IMG/VR virus record: IMGVR_UViG_3300031851_000010
Length of the DNA: 20,000 bases
From: an uncultured virus (IMG/VR IMGVR_UViG_3300031851_000010)
Lineage: Duplodnaviria > Heunggongvirae > Uroviricota > Caudoviricetes
Reading direction: 5' to 3' (one strand)
Within the stretch, counting starts at the first letter, position 1; every line of letters starts with the position of its first letter. The translations under genes and the position numbers were made by a program. The notes under the pieces were generated by a model. The model was not told the origin of the DNA, searched no databases, and worked only from the letters and a program-made list of their open reading frames with translations. This document shows positions 19,788-20,000 of the stretch, piece by piece.

Positions 19788-20000
19788 AGAATTAGTATCA
19801 CACCCTGACCATTATGGTGGTGAAGATAACCCATATGAGGTTATAAAAATAGCAGAAGCTACAGGGTTAGATGAAGATGCGTATCTATTTAACGTATTAA
19901 AGTATATAGTTAGAAGTGGAAAAAAAGATGACAACCCACCTGTACAAGATTTAAAAAAAGCGTTATTTTATTTAGATAGAAGAATTAAAACAATTGAACA
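19780..20000 (+). CDS. DUF3310 (SaV-like / T7 gp1.7-related) protein; 3'-truncated; absent from the ORF track
   Basis: Manual translation gives MSKELVSHPDHYGGEDNPYEVIKIAEATGLDEDAYLFNVLKYIVRSGKKDDNPPVQDLKKALFYLDRRIKTIE, containing the V.HP.HY, N..KY..R.GKK and DLKKA..YL motifs. Confidence 0.85.
   Translation, partial: MSKELVSHPDHYGGEDNPYEVIKIAEATGLDEDAYLFNVLKYIVRSGKKDDNPPVQDLKKALFYLDRRIKTIE

Noticed and set aside
1..20000. Origin from a eukaryote or giant virus (collagen, vWA, MGCGC, fucosyltransferase)
   Set aside because: There are no introns, and the operon-style TAATG/ATGA overlaps, intrinsic terminator, S74 fibres and DUF3310/DUF2452-like genes favour a bacteriophage. No hallmark capsid or terminase gene is in view, so this is not proven.

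Overview
AT-rich, densely coded segment that most likely comes from a large tailed phage, probably of a Bacteroidota host (inferred from TAATG/ATGA coupling, no clear Shine-Dalgarno motifs, and DUF2452-like and DUF3310-like genes). The first 13 kb hold three tandem, translationally coupled paralogous giant collagen-like (Gly-X-Y) fibre genes. Each has a D-x-x-G-x-W-x-G motif before the helix and a C-terminal S-D-x-R-L-K peptidase S74 autochaperone. The first gene runs off the 5' edge. Only the middle gene carries globular cargo: a vWA-like insert and a 10-Cys tip domain. With those removed, the three chains have almost the same span from the conserved Trp to the S74 Ser (1136, 1119 and 1131 codons) and share a 40-41 aa interruption period, suggesting a possible heterotrimeric viral collagen. 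A divergent control region follows, with a hidden 43-aa MGCGCK ORF, an intrinsic terminator and a repeated TATATTTAT motif. Then come two paralogues with a shared CYYG-x-GTKWCT domain and different C-termini, a hypothetical protein, DUF2452, a GT11 fucosyltransferase-like gene, a small ORF and a truncated DUF3310 gene. All family assignments come from motif recognition, not database searches.
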